NCBI RefSeq assembly: GCF_036321535.1
Contig: NC_087436.1
Span: 89,468,001-89,532,000 of the forward strand
Direction of reading: 5' to 3'
From: Camelus dromedarius
Lineage: Eukaryota
DNA: 64,000 nucleotides
Within the stretch, counting starts at the first letter, position 1. Every line of letters starts with the position of its first letter. Below the pieces are notes generated by a model. The model searched no databases and was not told the DNA's origin. It was given only the letters and a program-made list of their open reading frames with translations. The position numbers were made by a program, and so were the translations under genes. Below, piece after piece: positions 1-12,936 of this stretch.

Positions 1-3000
1 AACTCATTACCTTGGGGTTTAGTTTCAGCTGCTCTGCCGGGGTTGTTTCCTTATTAAATAAGATGTGTGGCTAGCCCCCAAAGCCCTGTCGGAAGGGCCT
101 TGAATAAGTATCTTTGAATTATTGGCTTTTTAATTTTTTTTGTAATGTGATTCATTGATATTCTAGAAGATAAACCTGTTCATTATTAGCCTTGTTTGTT
201 TTTAATTTAGAAGAGTTAAATTGTATTTTGTTAAACTTCATTAGCTTCTCAAGCAAGCAATGTGAATGCCGCTTGCATTCTGCAAACCTTGCTGTAGTCA
301 CTTATCTCACTGCTGCTAGAGTAACACGTTGAGATGAGTTCTCGTTCTGCAGTGGATAATACTTCTTTAGAAATGGTGTCAGATCACAGTCATGATTGAT
401 GAATTGCTTGGATTTGCTCCTGTTTGCCTGTTGCTGCTTTAATTTGTTGGTGATGTTTGAATCTGCCACCTCCCATCTCTAACCCACCAGTTTCCTTGCT
501 GCGGGCTATTGTGACTAATGACAAAATGATTCCAAACTGAATCATTTCTTAAAATTCAAATGAAGCTTAGGTGCTTTTCTCATTTGTAACCACTGTGTGT
601 CTGCTGAATACTGATGGAACCACTCAACACTCTGTATGAAACACGACGCCACTCTCACTGACACATTAGTTGTTCCAAAACTTGAAGGCTGTGTAAATAT
701 TATTCCTAGTGAGTCCTGTGCCACGGAGGTCAGCGGGTTTCTCAATCTTTTTATTGTTTGTCATCATGGAAAATGACAACTACTTTTTACATAGCAGACC
801 TTGAGCCCTCAGTACAAAATAACTTGAGTATCATTTGGCTGCTTGGCAGACAGCAAAGATGTAAGCCTCAAATCAGTCTAATTCTGCTTTCCTTTATATA
901 GGTTCTGATATTTAGAGTCTTGAGACTTCTTAGGCTTTTAGTCAGACTGGGGACTGAGTCAAAATGACTTCTACACCTTAGGCGCTATGGGCAATATTCT
1001 TGAACTATGCCTTATAAAGAAATAGTCACCTGAAGGTCAGATAGAAAGTTTCTGACACTTCCTCTTGCATTTGAAAAAGAATCTTGACTCTGTATTATAT
1101 CCATTTCAGTGAAATTTATTAAAAAATGAAGTAGGTGCCTGCTGTGTGCATTAGCCTACAATGATTAATAAGATAATTTTATACCCTAGGAATAAAACAT
1201 TTGATCTTTATTTTCAGATGCTAAGCCTAGTAGCACACTACGTACTGCTCCTTCCATTTTCATAAAGTCTCTTGTTTCACTGATTCTTTTTTTCCAGTCA
1301 CCTTAGACTGATCCTGTCTCTTTGACTTGGTCCTATCACTCTTTCTTCTGGGCATTTTCTTCAAGTATTTGTTTACATTTCTTGGATATTTTATTACTTC
1401 TCTAATAATAGATGTTGTTAGAATATCATTTTAAACCATTGAAAACATGACTCATACAAATATGGAATGAACCTTTGTCCAAGTTTTGTCCAACTCATAA
1501 ATTAAGGGAGGACCACTTAACTACTAAACTGGCTCAGAATTTTTTTGAGGAATGCATATAAGTAGCCATTAAAATAAAAAAAAATACTAGGATAAGGTTG
1601 CAAGATTAGATAGAAGTAGTTAATATCCTTCAGGGCAACAAAAACCATCATCTTTGGTGCTCTTTTCTACTGAAAAGGAATCCATAAGTTAATATGTGAC
1701 ATCACAATTTATTGGGGGGGGGGGGTGTCAAATCCAACGTTAAACAGCAAAATCAAACTCAAGTAAACTCAAATTCCCCTAGAGAATTAATAATCCTTTT
1801 TGAACAATGCTCCACAAAGACATTGGAGGAACCATGCTGTACTCCTTTTCAATTTATAAGTCTTGGAAAAATTTTTAAAGAACATCCTTGACTATTACAA
1901 ACACATAACTAACACAGATAGACATAGTTTATTGAGTTCTTTAATGCCTCCTTCACATCTGTGCACCCGGAAGTTGAACAATGTGGCAGAACATTCAATG
2001 AGTAACTCACTGTTTGACTTTCCTCCAGTTATGACCTTTCTGCTGTTATCTTCCTTGACTGTAAAATGAGGAACTGGACTAAGGTGATCACTAGAAGCTC
2101 TTCTAGTTTTAAGGTATTGTTATTCTTTAAGAATGGGATTATAAAGGGCAAAATATCTTGGGCCTTTAGCTAGTGTATGGAGTTAGGCAACAGGGCCCCC
2201 TAATGGTCTTGAAATCTTGACAGACTCCCCCTCTAATTATCCCAGAATGTCTGAGAAACTTCCCCTCACAAGAGGTGTGGCAGTAGCTCTTGTTAGGACC
2301 CTTGGTTCAACTGGTTTATCTTCGTCATCTAGTGCCACAATAATGCTGTGTAACAAACAGCTACAAAGCCTCAGTGGCACAAAGGGCATTAACACGGAGA
2401 GGGAGGACAGATCAGTGCCATTTTTGTATTCAATCAACTATATTAGAACAGAATTCACAGCTGAGATTTTAGGATGTTCCAGGATTCTGATCTAGAGAGA
2501 GAGGACCAGGTCCCATAAATGTTCTTGTACTTCCTCCTGGGGTTCCGTTCAGTTACTTAGCGTTAGTTTCATCCTTTGACGTCTTACTTTTAAAATTCAT
2601 TAGGCAGGATTAGAGCAGTGTTTGGTGCTAATTATTCTCTATTTCATATACCATGAGGCAAGACCCTTCTGAGGACTCTACCAAATGTGACACAAATGTT
2701 GAGATTTTCCAGTATGGCTGGCAGGAACATGCACAATTTCTGGCTTGGTGTGTGCTGGGTAGTGTTTCTTCTAATCCTTTCAGGTGGTTCTTTTTGCCTT
2801 GGGTAGTTACCTCACATCTGTGCTTAGCAAAAATGTCAGTGGAGACTCCAGATTTTTGAAGTTCTCTCTCTCTCTCTCTCTCTTTTTCCCTCAGCATGAG
2901 CTTCTCTGTTACTTTCTTCGGTAAACTCTAGCCACCTCGATTTCCTCAGATTCTCAGCTTCATCTCATCAGTTTAGGGAGTCTGTCAGATTGTTCCTGGA

Positions 3001-5178
3001 TGTTCCTTTCCTGCACCACAGCATGCAAACTCAAGTTTGTTTCTTCTCTCTCAAAGCTTGTGTCCTGTGTTGTCTAATACCCTTTTTTTTTTTTTTTTGG
3101 TCATTTCATGCAGGAGAGTAAATTCAGTCCTGTTATTCCATTTTGGTCAGAAGTAGAAATCTCCAATTCTTAGAGTTTAGTCTAATGAAAAAATATGAGT
3201 TTCTAAAGATTATGGGCAACCCAACTTTTGGTGGAAGAAGGCAGTATGCGAATACAAGTCTATATTTGAAAATGTGTATTTCTCTTCTCCTTATCCAATA
3301 GGTCCATTATTATTTCCTTCCTTCCCTTCTTAGTATATTCGGCATGTTGCCACAGTTTGAACTTTCATTCTATTTCACTTTTTGTTGTATTTTTGACTGC
3401 GTCATGTGCATGGGTGTGCATATTATTTTGCCAATGACAGTGTAAGCTCTTTAAATTTTGTAGGTATACCTTATCCTTCTTTGTGTTTTCCACCATGTGT
3501 ACAACATTTTAGCATTAATGCTAGTTAACTAATGATTATCTCTTTCTGTAAAGAGGGAGTCAAAATCTGAGGATTAATTAGATGGCATTTACCATGTGCT
3601 TTGTAGAGGAAAAGTGCAAGGTAAATAATGATACCTTTAGCTTTTAGGCTGATGTCAACTTTGGTTTTCATTGTCTCTACCCAATTAGGTGCCATAAGTT
3701 AGACTGCAATTTCTCATGAGTTCAACTGCAAACTGATTAGAAGAATGCTCCAGGCTGACATGAAGAACACTTTCTAAACGTTTCAGATCCTGCTTGGGTT
3801 CTGCATGTTGTGAGGCTTTTTTTTTTTTTTTTTTTTTTTTTTTCCTTCTCTACTCAAGGAACTTGGAGCCATAGTTCACAAGTATATGAGATGTGGGCTG
3901 AACACTTTCAACCTGCTTGATAAGTGTAGTATTGAAAACAGATTCTATTTGTAGAATAAACATTTCTCTGTAAAGTGAACTGACAACTAATTATGTATAA
4001 TATATAATATTATCTGTAAAATTCCTTGCAGGCTGGCTCTGTCTGATCACCCACTTCTGAGCTCTTCTTCTTCCCCTCTTTCTCCTCTACTTCTCCATCT
4101 CCTCACACACCATTTATTTCATAAAATGGTAGAAGAGGATAGAAACACCAATTATCATATACCCTTAGTATAACTTAGGATAGACATAATGAAGGAGGAA
4201 AAGTTGTTGCAAAAAAAAAATCATTGTATCTTCGGAAGACAGGCATGACTATTTTGGGAATCATTTGAGCAATTACTTTCCTTCATTAGTATGAACCATC
4301 TATAGTTGGCTATATGGTTATTTATCATTCCTGCCAAAATGTAAGGAGAATTAATTTTAATGTTTACCATCTGTGTCCAAATAGTCTTGTTCTACACATA
4401 AAATAATTTTATGAAAATTAGTGAACTCATTTCAACTTAAACACTATCGGTAAGTGGTTTGATCTCAGATATTTATGCAATAATATGGTGATGCTATTTA
4501 TACATCTAATATGACATTTTGTTTAAGAATAATTTTCCTTTGCTCTGTTTATTAACTGTGGTGAGAAACTAAAATGCATCAGGATTTCTAGATTTTACAA
4601 TAATGTGTATAATGGTCTCTGGAAGACTGAAAATAAATTCCAGGGATTTGGAAATTAAAGCTTTTGTAGTATCTGTCTTTTTCTAAGGAATGTCATGCAC
4701 ATTCAGATGGTTATTATTGTTTTGTTTCTGTGCACAAAATAGATACAGTTCTTCCTGTTTGCAAAACATATACAAAATTCATTGGAATGCATACAACATA
4801 TCAGAGAATATTATTTACAATAAAACTGAACAAAGAAATTGCACAGCTATAGTCCCGAACTCCTAAAGTAAAATCGAGTATAACTACAGTTTATAGTCCT
4901 AAAAGCCTAATCTTTCTTGTATAGATTAAAATTCTAATTATTTAAAAGAATGGGTAATATTTTGAAATAGAAGATTTTTGATTCAGAGTTCCAAATATAT
5001 ACATGCCCTTTTTTAGTTAGGTATTTTTAAGCTTTTACATCAAGCTGAGCAGCTATAGCATATGAATAAAACTTTATTTTATGGAAATAGCTCATCTGTA
5101 ATTATTTGATCCATTGAGATGTTGTATACATCTACATAAAGTTACCTAACCAATATAATTTTTGCTATGCCTTTTCAG
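1..5178 (+). other. GABRA4: 3' part of the last GABRA4 intron
   Basis: Lies upstream of the acceptor at 5178. No upstream GABRA4 exon (TM2/TM3) is recognisable in the window. Confidence 0.85.
2640..3165 (-). mobile_element. old L1M 5'-end-like fragment
   Basis: Motifs ggtggttctttttgccttgggtagttacctcaca and ggagagtaaattcagtcctgttattccattttggtcagaagtagaa resemble reverse-strand 5' ends of ancient L1M elements (recalled). Confidence 0.45.
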
Positions 5179-5709
5179 AACGCAAATGCCAATCTGAATA
5201 TGAGAAAAAGAACAAATGCCTTGGTTCACTCTGAACCTGATGTTGGCAACAGAACTGAGGTGGGAAACCATTTAAGCAAATCGTCCACGGTAGTCCAAGG
5301 ATCTTCTGAAGCTACACAGTCTTACTTAGCTTCCAGTCCAAACCCGTTCAGCCATGCAAATGCAGCTGAGACTATATCTGCCGCCCGAGCAAGTCCATCT
5401 GCTCCTCCCTCTACTCCCGGTAGAACTGGGTATGTGCCCCGACAGGCTCCACTTGGATCTGCTTCTACCCAGCGTGCATTTGGATCAAGACTGGAGCGAA
5501 TTAAGACCACAGTTAACAGCATAGGGGCTTCTGGGAAGTTGTCAGCCACCACTCCTCCCTCTGCTCCACCACCTTCTGGATCTGGCACAAGTAAAATAGA
5601 TAAATATGCCCGCATTCTCTTTCCAGTAACATTTGGGGCATTTAATATGGTCTATTGGGTTGTTTATTTATCTAAGGACACCATGGAGAAATCAGAAAGT
5701 CTAATGTAA
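5179..5709 (+). CDS. GABRA4: GABA-A receptor subunit alpha-4, last coding exon (distal M3-M4 intracellular loop, TM4, C-terminus)
   Basis: Translation [19 protein letters not shown]...[44 protein letters not shown] matches the alpha-4 C-terminus. Phase-0 acceptor ccttttcag|AAC (AG at 5177-5178) and stop TAA at 5707-5709. The MPFQ start in the ORF track is intronic. Confidence 0.97.
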   Translation, partial: NANANLNMRKRTNALVHSEPDVGNRTEVGNHLSKSSTVVQGSSEATQSYLASSPNPFSHANAAETISAARASPSAPPSTPGRTGYVPRQAPLGSASTQRAFGSRLERIKTTVNSIGASGKLSATTPPSAPPPSGSGTSKIDKYARILFPVTFGAFNMVYWVVYLSKDTMEKSESLM

Positions 5710-5803
5710 TTTTGTTGCTATAGGAATTTCCTAAAAGATGATGAACTTAATGCAGAATGTCTTTTTAAATGTTTTTAAAGATTAAACAATTGTTCTTTAC
5801 TAA

Positions 5804-5809
5804 AATAAA
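5804..5809 (+). terminator. candidate proximal polyadenylation signal
   Basis: AATAAA about 95 nt after the stop codon, followed by GT/T-rich sequence (gtagtttttcc). Confidence 0.4.
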
Positions 5810-8800
5810 AATGCTATGTAGTTTTTCCATTTAAAAAATCCAAGCCAGTCATTGGGAGAGTTAATTAATTCCTCAGTGAAGGGAAAGTGAGCCGTCTTTC
5901 ATTTCAGAAAGATGATTTAAATAGAATCAATTCAGCATTCAGATTAGACGGAATACAGACCATCCTGGGAAGTTGGGACAAGAGAAATAGGGCTATTAGA
6001 AATCAGTGGTGCATATTTATGCATTGAAATTTTAAAACAGACAATGGCATTTTTTAATATACACTCTGAATATCAACCAACCACCCTAAGTTTCCCAGTG
6101 ACACTGCTCTTAATCAGAATTATTGGATATTATATGCAGTGACCTTCGGAGATCCTCTTAGTATCTGCAAGAAAAGGATTTTCCCTGTTACATGAAACCT
6201 TTTAAAAAGGAAAATGGAACACAACAAATACTGACAAAGAGCGTGCAACCTCTGTTGCAACAAAGACAGAGACCAAGGAAGATGTACTCTGTCATATGTT
6301 GGCCAAAAAGGACTTAACAGTTGACTTGAAAATGTGTGCTTCGAGCCAAAGTTTAACTCAGTGTATGAATTCTTTTTGATAATAGTTCATTCAGTTATGT
6401 ATTCTTTCAACATATAGTTATTCAGAGCCTTCTGTGTTCCAGGCACTATGCTAGACACTCTCTCTAGAAAAGGTCTTTCACCTTTATCTGCAATTTTACG
6501 CAATTAGTAGAGCAGTCAATGCATGCTGATGAACCATGAGCTAGCAGAGGACTCCACATTCTTTCACGGAGGAAATTTAGTTGGAGTCTGACAACAGATT
6601 CAAAATATTTGTTTCTCCTTTATGGATAGAGGATGACAAGTACATTGTCCACATAGCCATTTTTGAGATTAGTACACATTAGCACAACTTCAGCAATTGA
6701 CTTTGAAGTATAAGAAAAATGTACAGATTGTTCTCTACGTGAAAAACACTGTGTACCTCAAAGTAGATATCTGGGCACTGTAAGACCTGATAGATTACCT
6801 TTCTCAAATTTGATCAGAATCACTGAACAGAATTTGATCAGAATCACAGAATCATCAGAATCAGGAATTCAATACAAGGCCTTTTAGATGCTTCTCCAAG
6901 CTGGTGAAATGCTAAGCTTCTAGGGAGCTCTTGTGTCCATAGTTCTGTATTTCTGGGCAGTTTTGTGTTTATTTTGGGAGAGTTTTTGTATAGTTTCATA
7001 AGGAAGGTGAGTATTTTAAAATTAAAAGAACAGCAAGGGAATGGAGTAAAACAATCATAGCCAAGGGCTAGGATGCTGCTGACTCTGTTATGCAATTTAT
7101 CAGGATTTTCATGTGCTGATTTTTCTTTTTCATTAGGTAGGCTTAACAACTTAATTGAATTTTTTGCAGCTGTCCTATGCCGCTAAATCTAGGTCTAGTT
7201 TTTTGTGCGTGTGCGTGTGTGTGTTACTTCCAAGATTTTTCTTCTGTTTTTCTCCCTTTCTGATTTGGGTTGTGTCAATGAATGTGTTTTGGCTGTTTGG
7301 GGAACATTTTGATAGAAATGTCCACCTTGCAAACAGGATCTCCTATTTTTTTAGAAAAGAAATTATATTAATTGATTGGCATTAGTTTTTTAGTTGTTGC
7401 ATTACCTTGGAATGGTTGTATATGAGACCTGTAAAATGTGCAAATGCCAAATATTAATTGTGAGTCATATCTGAGAATTCCTTCTTGGCTATGTCTCTAG
7501 GTATTTCCTAGAATTGTCAGTAATTTTAAGGCTGAAGAATACTTTAGAAACCATCCAATCCAAACCTCTCGTTTACAAATTGCTGCCAGTAATATGAAGT
7601 CCAGTAAAATGTGTATATGTGTATATATTTAATAAAGAGTACTTATACAAAAAAGCTGATAATAAATTATTTCATGAATGTGAGTAGATTTCTAGCCCTA
7701 AGAACAATGCTTGAAATTGTGGTCAGAAGCTGTGGTTGTTCTTTATTCCAACAAAATGACCTTATTTCTTTGGTGAGGAAAGCACTCTTTGTCTATTGAT
7801 CTATTCTTGAGAAATATTTCATTGGCTTCCTTTTTTAAAAAGAATTCTTCTGCTATAAATGTTTACAGTTCTCAAAGGGATAAAAATAAGTGATTTTTGA
7901 TTTGTAGATCCATGATGTAAGTGAACTCATAGTTTTTTCCTTATCTTTGTATATGAAGATTTTTAAATAAATCAGGTAGCTAAACAAAGACAAAGGACAA
8001 AATTAACCAAAGATTCTTAATTGTTGCTTGGGAGAATAAATTGACCAGAATGTGTAATCATTAGTACAAAAAGGAATTATTTCAACTGAACACAGTGTCA
8101 GTACTAAAAATGTAGAATGTGTTTTCCTTAACTGAATTCCATCAAATTAATTCAAATTAATTTTTTGTTGTGGTCATTGTTTCTATCTTTTCAGTCACTC
8201 AGAGCTACATTAACTACTTTTGTGAAGAACCAGTCTCTTTTCACCATAAGGAAATGTCACAACAGTCATTAGGAGAGCTCAAAAATCCTGGCAATTTGCA
8301 AAGAAGAATAGCTGAGAATGGTATCTTTGTATGTCTCTATCTTTTAAAGATGAAATTCAAAATTGTTTCATTCACTACCAGTATCTCTATTCTGGTTTTC
8401 AACTCCAAGTTGGCCACTAACTGCTACATAATTACTTCCAGTTTCCTCCATGCAAGACTAGGTATGATAATATATTTACATGATTAATCCACAGTTAAAA
8501 ATGACTTGCATTTGTGTATATACAGAGTATTTGGATAATGTTTATTTTAAATTGGACCTCACAAGTCTTGAATTAGAGTTGGCAGATAATAGAGATGTCC
8601 ATCTTTTACAGGTGGACATGAATCATAGAGAAGTCAGTGACAGAGATAAAAGCACAGAGCTAGAATGATATTTGGAAGGTCATTTTTCAGTCATTAAAAA
8701 AAATAAAGATATCTGCAAAAATCCATGATGACCAAAATATCCCCATTTTAAATAAATATAGTATCAGGATTAATATTTTTTCATTTTTCCTCAGACTTGG

Positions 8801-11800
8801 CATGGTCCTGATATAAAAGGGTGGGAAAAGGCTGCACGTGATTTTATGACTGTTGATGGGGAGATGGGGAAAAAAACAGTGATTGCAGAAAGGGCTTCAC
8901 AGAAACATTAAAATGAATTTTGTAGAATAATTTGGAGTTCTTGGCCCCCCCACTTCCTCCCAGAAACAAACAACAAAAGGACATTTTCACTACCAACTGA
9001 AGCATGAAAAGGGATATAGATTTGGAACTTCAAGGGGAATGCTTACTACAAATAGTTCAGGATATTGGGAAGGAAGGTGAATGCGGGAAAGTGAGGGCTG
9101 ATGATGGAAAGACCTGCTGGGGCAGATTGGAGAGAGTTTTATGTAAATTACTAAAGAAATGAGACGAGATCCTGGATCAGTGGTAATTTGCTGAAAATCT
9201 TGCAGGATAAGAGATGACAGTGAACATGCTATGCTTCTGTTTTAGAGAAGTCATCTGATCGCTGTAGGAGCTACAGGATGGAGGGCCTTGAATCTAGAGG
9301 TAGGGTAAGAATTGAGAGATCTCATTTTTCTTTTCTTTCTTAATTAACCATTGCTTTCTAATTCTTTTTTTTTTTATCCAATGACTTCATTGTCATTTGT
9401 AAAAATGATATGTGATTGTTAAAAATAAAGATAGGTATTGCAGAAAATTAAAAATTCTCAAAATTGTTACTATCTCATGAATATCATGCTATCACGTATA
9501 AGATGTTTGTATTGAAGAGCAGATTGATTAAAAGACAGAATATTGTAAATTTAGGGCCAAATATGCCATATATGAATGCCGTTAAATAATTTTAAAAAAC
9601 ATGAAATTTATCTTTATTTCAATTTAAGATAAAAGTATAAGGGTGAAACTGAAGAAATGATTGAAATTAGATAGTTTTAATTAAAGCAAGACATATCAGG
9701 GACACTGTGTCTTTTTATTCCAGGTTTCAGACTTTATTTCAGGAAAGATTTTTCCCTATTGCATGTCTAAGTAATTTTTTTTCAGAATGTTCTTTTTTTT
9801 TCTGTAACTACTTAAAGTATTCTCTATATTCACTTGTATATTTTTTAAAAATATTGCCAACTTTTGTCAGTTGTAACCCAAGTGAGTTTTCAGTTATGTT
9901 TATTTTGTAATCTCTAAAGTGATTTTCAACTTCATAATGGCTTTATTCTTTTCCCTTGTTTTCTTGGTCTGTGCTATTTCATTTTTTTCATTTCTCTGCT
10001 TGTTTTTATAATCTCTATTAAAATATTACCTTTGAGCTTCTCACTCTATTAATGAGGTCATGTTTATAGTTTATTTGAGACTACAGAGAATTATCTGTAT
10101 ACATTTCTTCTTTGTTTCCTGAAGAGGTTTTTTTCTCTGGTATGAACTTCATCTGCTTTTGCATTGAGTTTTTCCTTCTTTGCCTATGTGCCAGGCTGGT
10201 ATCTGTCTATTAATCACTGAATGAAGCCAGCTATTTACTGAACTGTAGTGTGGGAAGCGGTGGGAGAATGAATCAGATCAGCCCACAGCAGCTATTTAAA
10301 TTTCAGGTTTCAAACCCACCTTCCCAAATTTCTTTTATCCTCTGCCCAGGGACCATATCTTGTCTCTGTTTTTGACATCGGGGTGGTCTACGTGGCTCAC
10401 AGTGTAGAACTCCCTCAGTTTTATTTTCTCTGTGTTATTAGTGCTCTCGTGGTCCTCGCCACTTCTTCCTACTTTCCTACGCTAAGGCTGGTAGTCCACA
10501 TTACCCAGCAGCCTGTTTCACAGCTGTCAAATAGAATCGACCAGCAATTTTTCTTTCCTCCCATATTCTACCATGTGGGAGTATATAACTGGAAACCAGT
10601 GAAGATGGGACTATGTTTGTGTCTTGCCTTTTCATGCTTCATATCATGGTGGCTTCAAATAGTCATTGGAGGACACCTGAGGACCATGACACTTAGTGAA
10701 ATCTACATCCTATCAAGATATGTATCAGTCAGTAGTCTTTCTCCTGTTAATGCCTCTTAACTTGAGAAGTTATTTATTAGAGTTCATCATCAATTGTAAT
10801 TATGGATGTGGTTTTCATTTTTTCCCCAATATGTCTTTATTATCAGTTTTTTGGAGGGATTTCATAGAAGAGGAGTGAATTATAAAAGTTTTTATTTCAT
10901 CCTTTTAAACTGAATCACCGTCTATGATTTTTATTTCCATTAGATCAGGATGGACCAAAGTATCTTTTACTGATATCTTTTCCTGACAATCAGAGCTACT
11001 TGCTTTTTCCCTTCTGCTCATCAGGTGTCACTGGAATCAGGTATTAAATCAGGATTAAATCTGTGATAACACAGTTGATAGTAAGCTCTTCCCTTTGGGG
11101 GAAGGAAAAGAAACCATAATAACAGAAGATATTATTGTAGTTAACCTTTGACTGACAGTATTTTTCAGCCCTCTGTATTTGTGAAGGGAGGCCTGCATTC
11201 CATCTCTGCAGATGTTTGCTGTTATAAAGGAACATGTTTGTGGTCATTTTACTGATTGTGGACATTGTTTCCTCATTCAAATATGCAATAAATCAGAGCT
11301 TTCATTTTTTAAGATATATATATATAAATTATTGTTGATTGATGAGGCAACATTTTATGACTTTAAGGGAGTTTCACTTATAAATTGAATTAAAATCCAG
11401 TTTTCATGCAAAGCCATATTCTATACTATAAGACATTGAATGGCCATAGTAAATAAGAAGTTAAATTTTCCACTGGTTTATCTTTAACAATGAAAACTTG
11501 ATAATTTTCTGCTAAAAATGTTGAGAACTGAAGAAAAAATAAAGTATTCTGTTTGGTTTTTCAGTTGGAATGCTGTAGAAACTGAGGAATAAAAGCTTAT
11601 CTGCCTGCCCTCTAAATCATTTTAAGTTGTGTGTTTAATTGTACAATTGAAAATATTCCATATTATGAAATTAAAGAAAAATAATGATGTGTATTTTATC
11701 ATATCATAAGAACTAAATTTATTATTCTTTAAGCTTCATTATTCTTGCTCAAACAGAATAGCAAATAATAAAAAGTGTGATATTTAAAACATTTCAAAAT

Positions 11801-12590
11801 TTGTAAGAGATACAGGGTTTTGATTTCAGGAGAATACAGTTTTCTTACAAACTACAAATTCCTGGAGCATATAGCAATCACATTTGCCCCTCTGAAATTA
11901 ATGATTTTTCTGTGTAAGAGTATTACTGTGGAAAATGATAATGCGGAGCACATAATCATTATGATTTTGTTTTGGCAGATATGTCTTGAAAAGAAGGATA
12001 TTATCAAATGTTGGTTTAGTATTTTAAAATAATTGAGCATGAAATGATTTCTTTTAATGCTGTCTCTTTAAGCAAATTTCCCTTGCTTCTCAAAGCTAAA
12101 CTTATCACTAGTTGTAATGAACTTCCTTTGCTTCTTAAAAACAAAATTTATACCTGAGTATATAGCATGGACAATACTTCATGTTTCAGTTTCCACTGGA
12201 GAATGAGTATTTAAAATATTTTCCTGGAGTCCCTAAAATACAAACATTGTATCTATCTGATTCCAGAGTGTAGCTCCAATACATTTATCTTTTAAGTGTC
12301 TGTGATCAAATTTTATGGAAATTTTGATCTCTATTATTTTAAATATTCTAGAACAATTGTTGTCTGAAGAAAAAATTGATTTATACCTTAAAAAAAAGAG
12401 AACATACCTGAGAGAAAAAAGTTGACCACAGATGTTCCGCAACCTGTAGACATACGCACACATTCCTGTATGAATGCATACTAATAAAATGCATAGTATA
12501 AGTAGTTTTCTTTTTTGTTGTTGAATTTCATGACATATTAATTAATTCTCCTCCATGTTGAATTGTATTTGTTCAGTTAAATATGATTCT

Positions 12591-12936
12591 TGTTAGGGAC
12601 TGAATGTCTGTGTCCTCCCAACATGCATGTGTTGAACCCCTACCCTGCCTGTGATGGTGCTTTGGGAGATAATTAGGATTGGATGAGGCCATAAGGGTAG
12701 AGCCCCCATGAATGGGACTAGCACCCTTATAAGAGTTACAAGAGCTTGCTTCCTTTTTCTGCTCTGCTACATGGAGATACAATGAGAAGTTGGCCATCTG
12801 CAACCTGGAAGAACCCAACCATGCTGGCACCTTGATCATGGCCTTTCAGCCTCCAGAACTGGAGAAATAACACTTCTGTCGTTTAAGCCATGGAGTGTAT
12901 GGTATTCTGTTATAGCAGCCTGAACTGACTAAGGCA
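12591..12936 (+). mobile_element. MaLR solo LTR (MLT1A/MLT1A0-like)
   Basis: Starts tgttagggactgaatgtctgtgtcc and ends gttatagcagcctgaactgactaaggca (TG...CA). Near-perfect 5-bp TSD attct/attcc. Confidence 0.85.

Noticed and set aside
5167..5178. ATG start (MPFQ) of the 180-aa ORF
   Set aside because: Lies within the polypyrimidine tract/acceptor. The real exon starts at 5179.
5322..5615. 97-aa antisense ORF
   Set aside because: Shadow of the GABRA4 coding exon, with no independent evidence.
10383..10760. 125-aa ORF
   Set aside because: No recognisable homology or exon signals. It lies in the probable 3' UTR or old repeat sequence.
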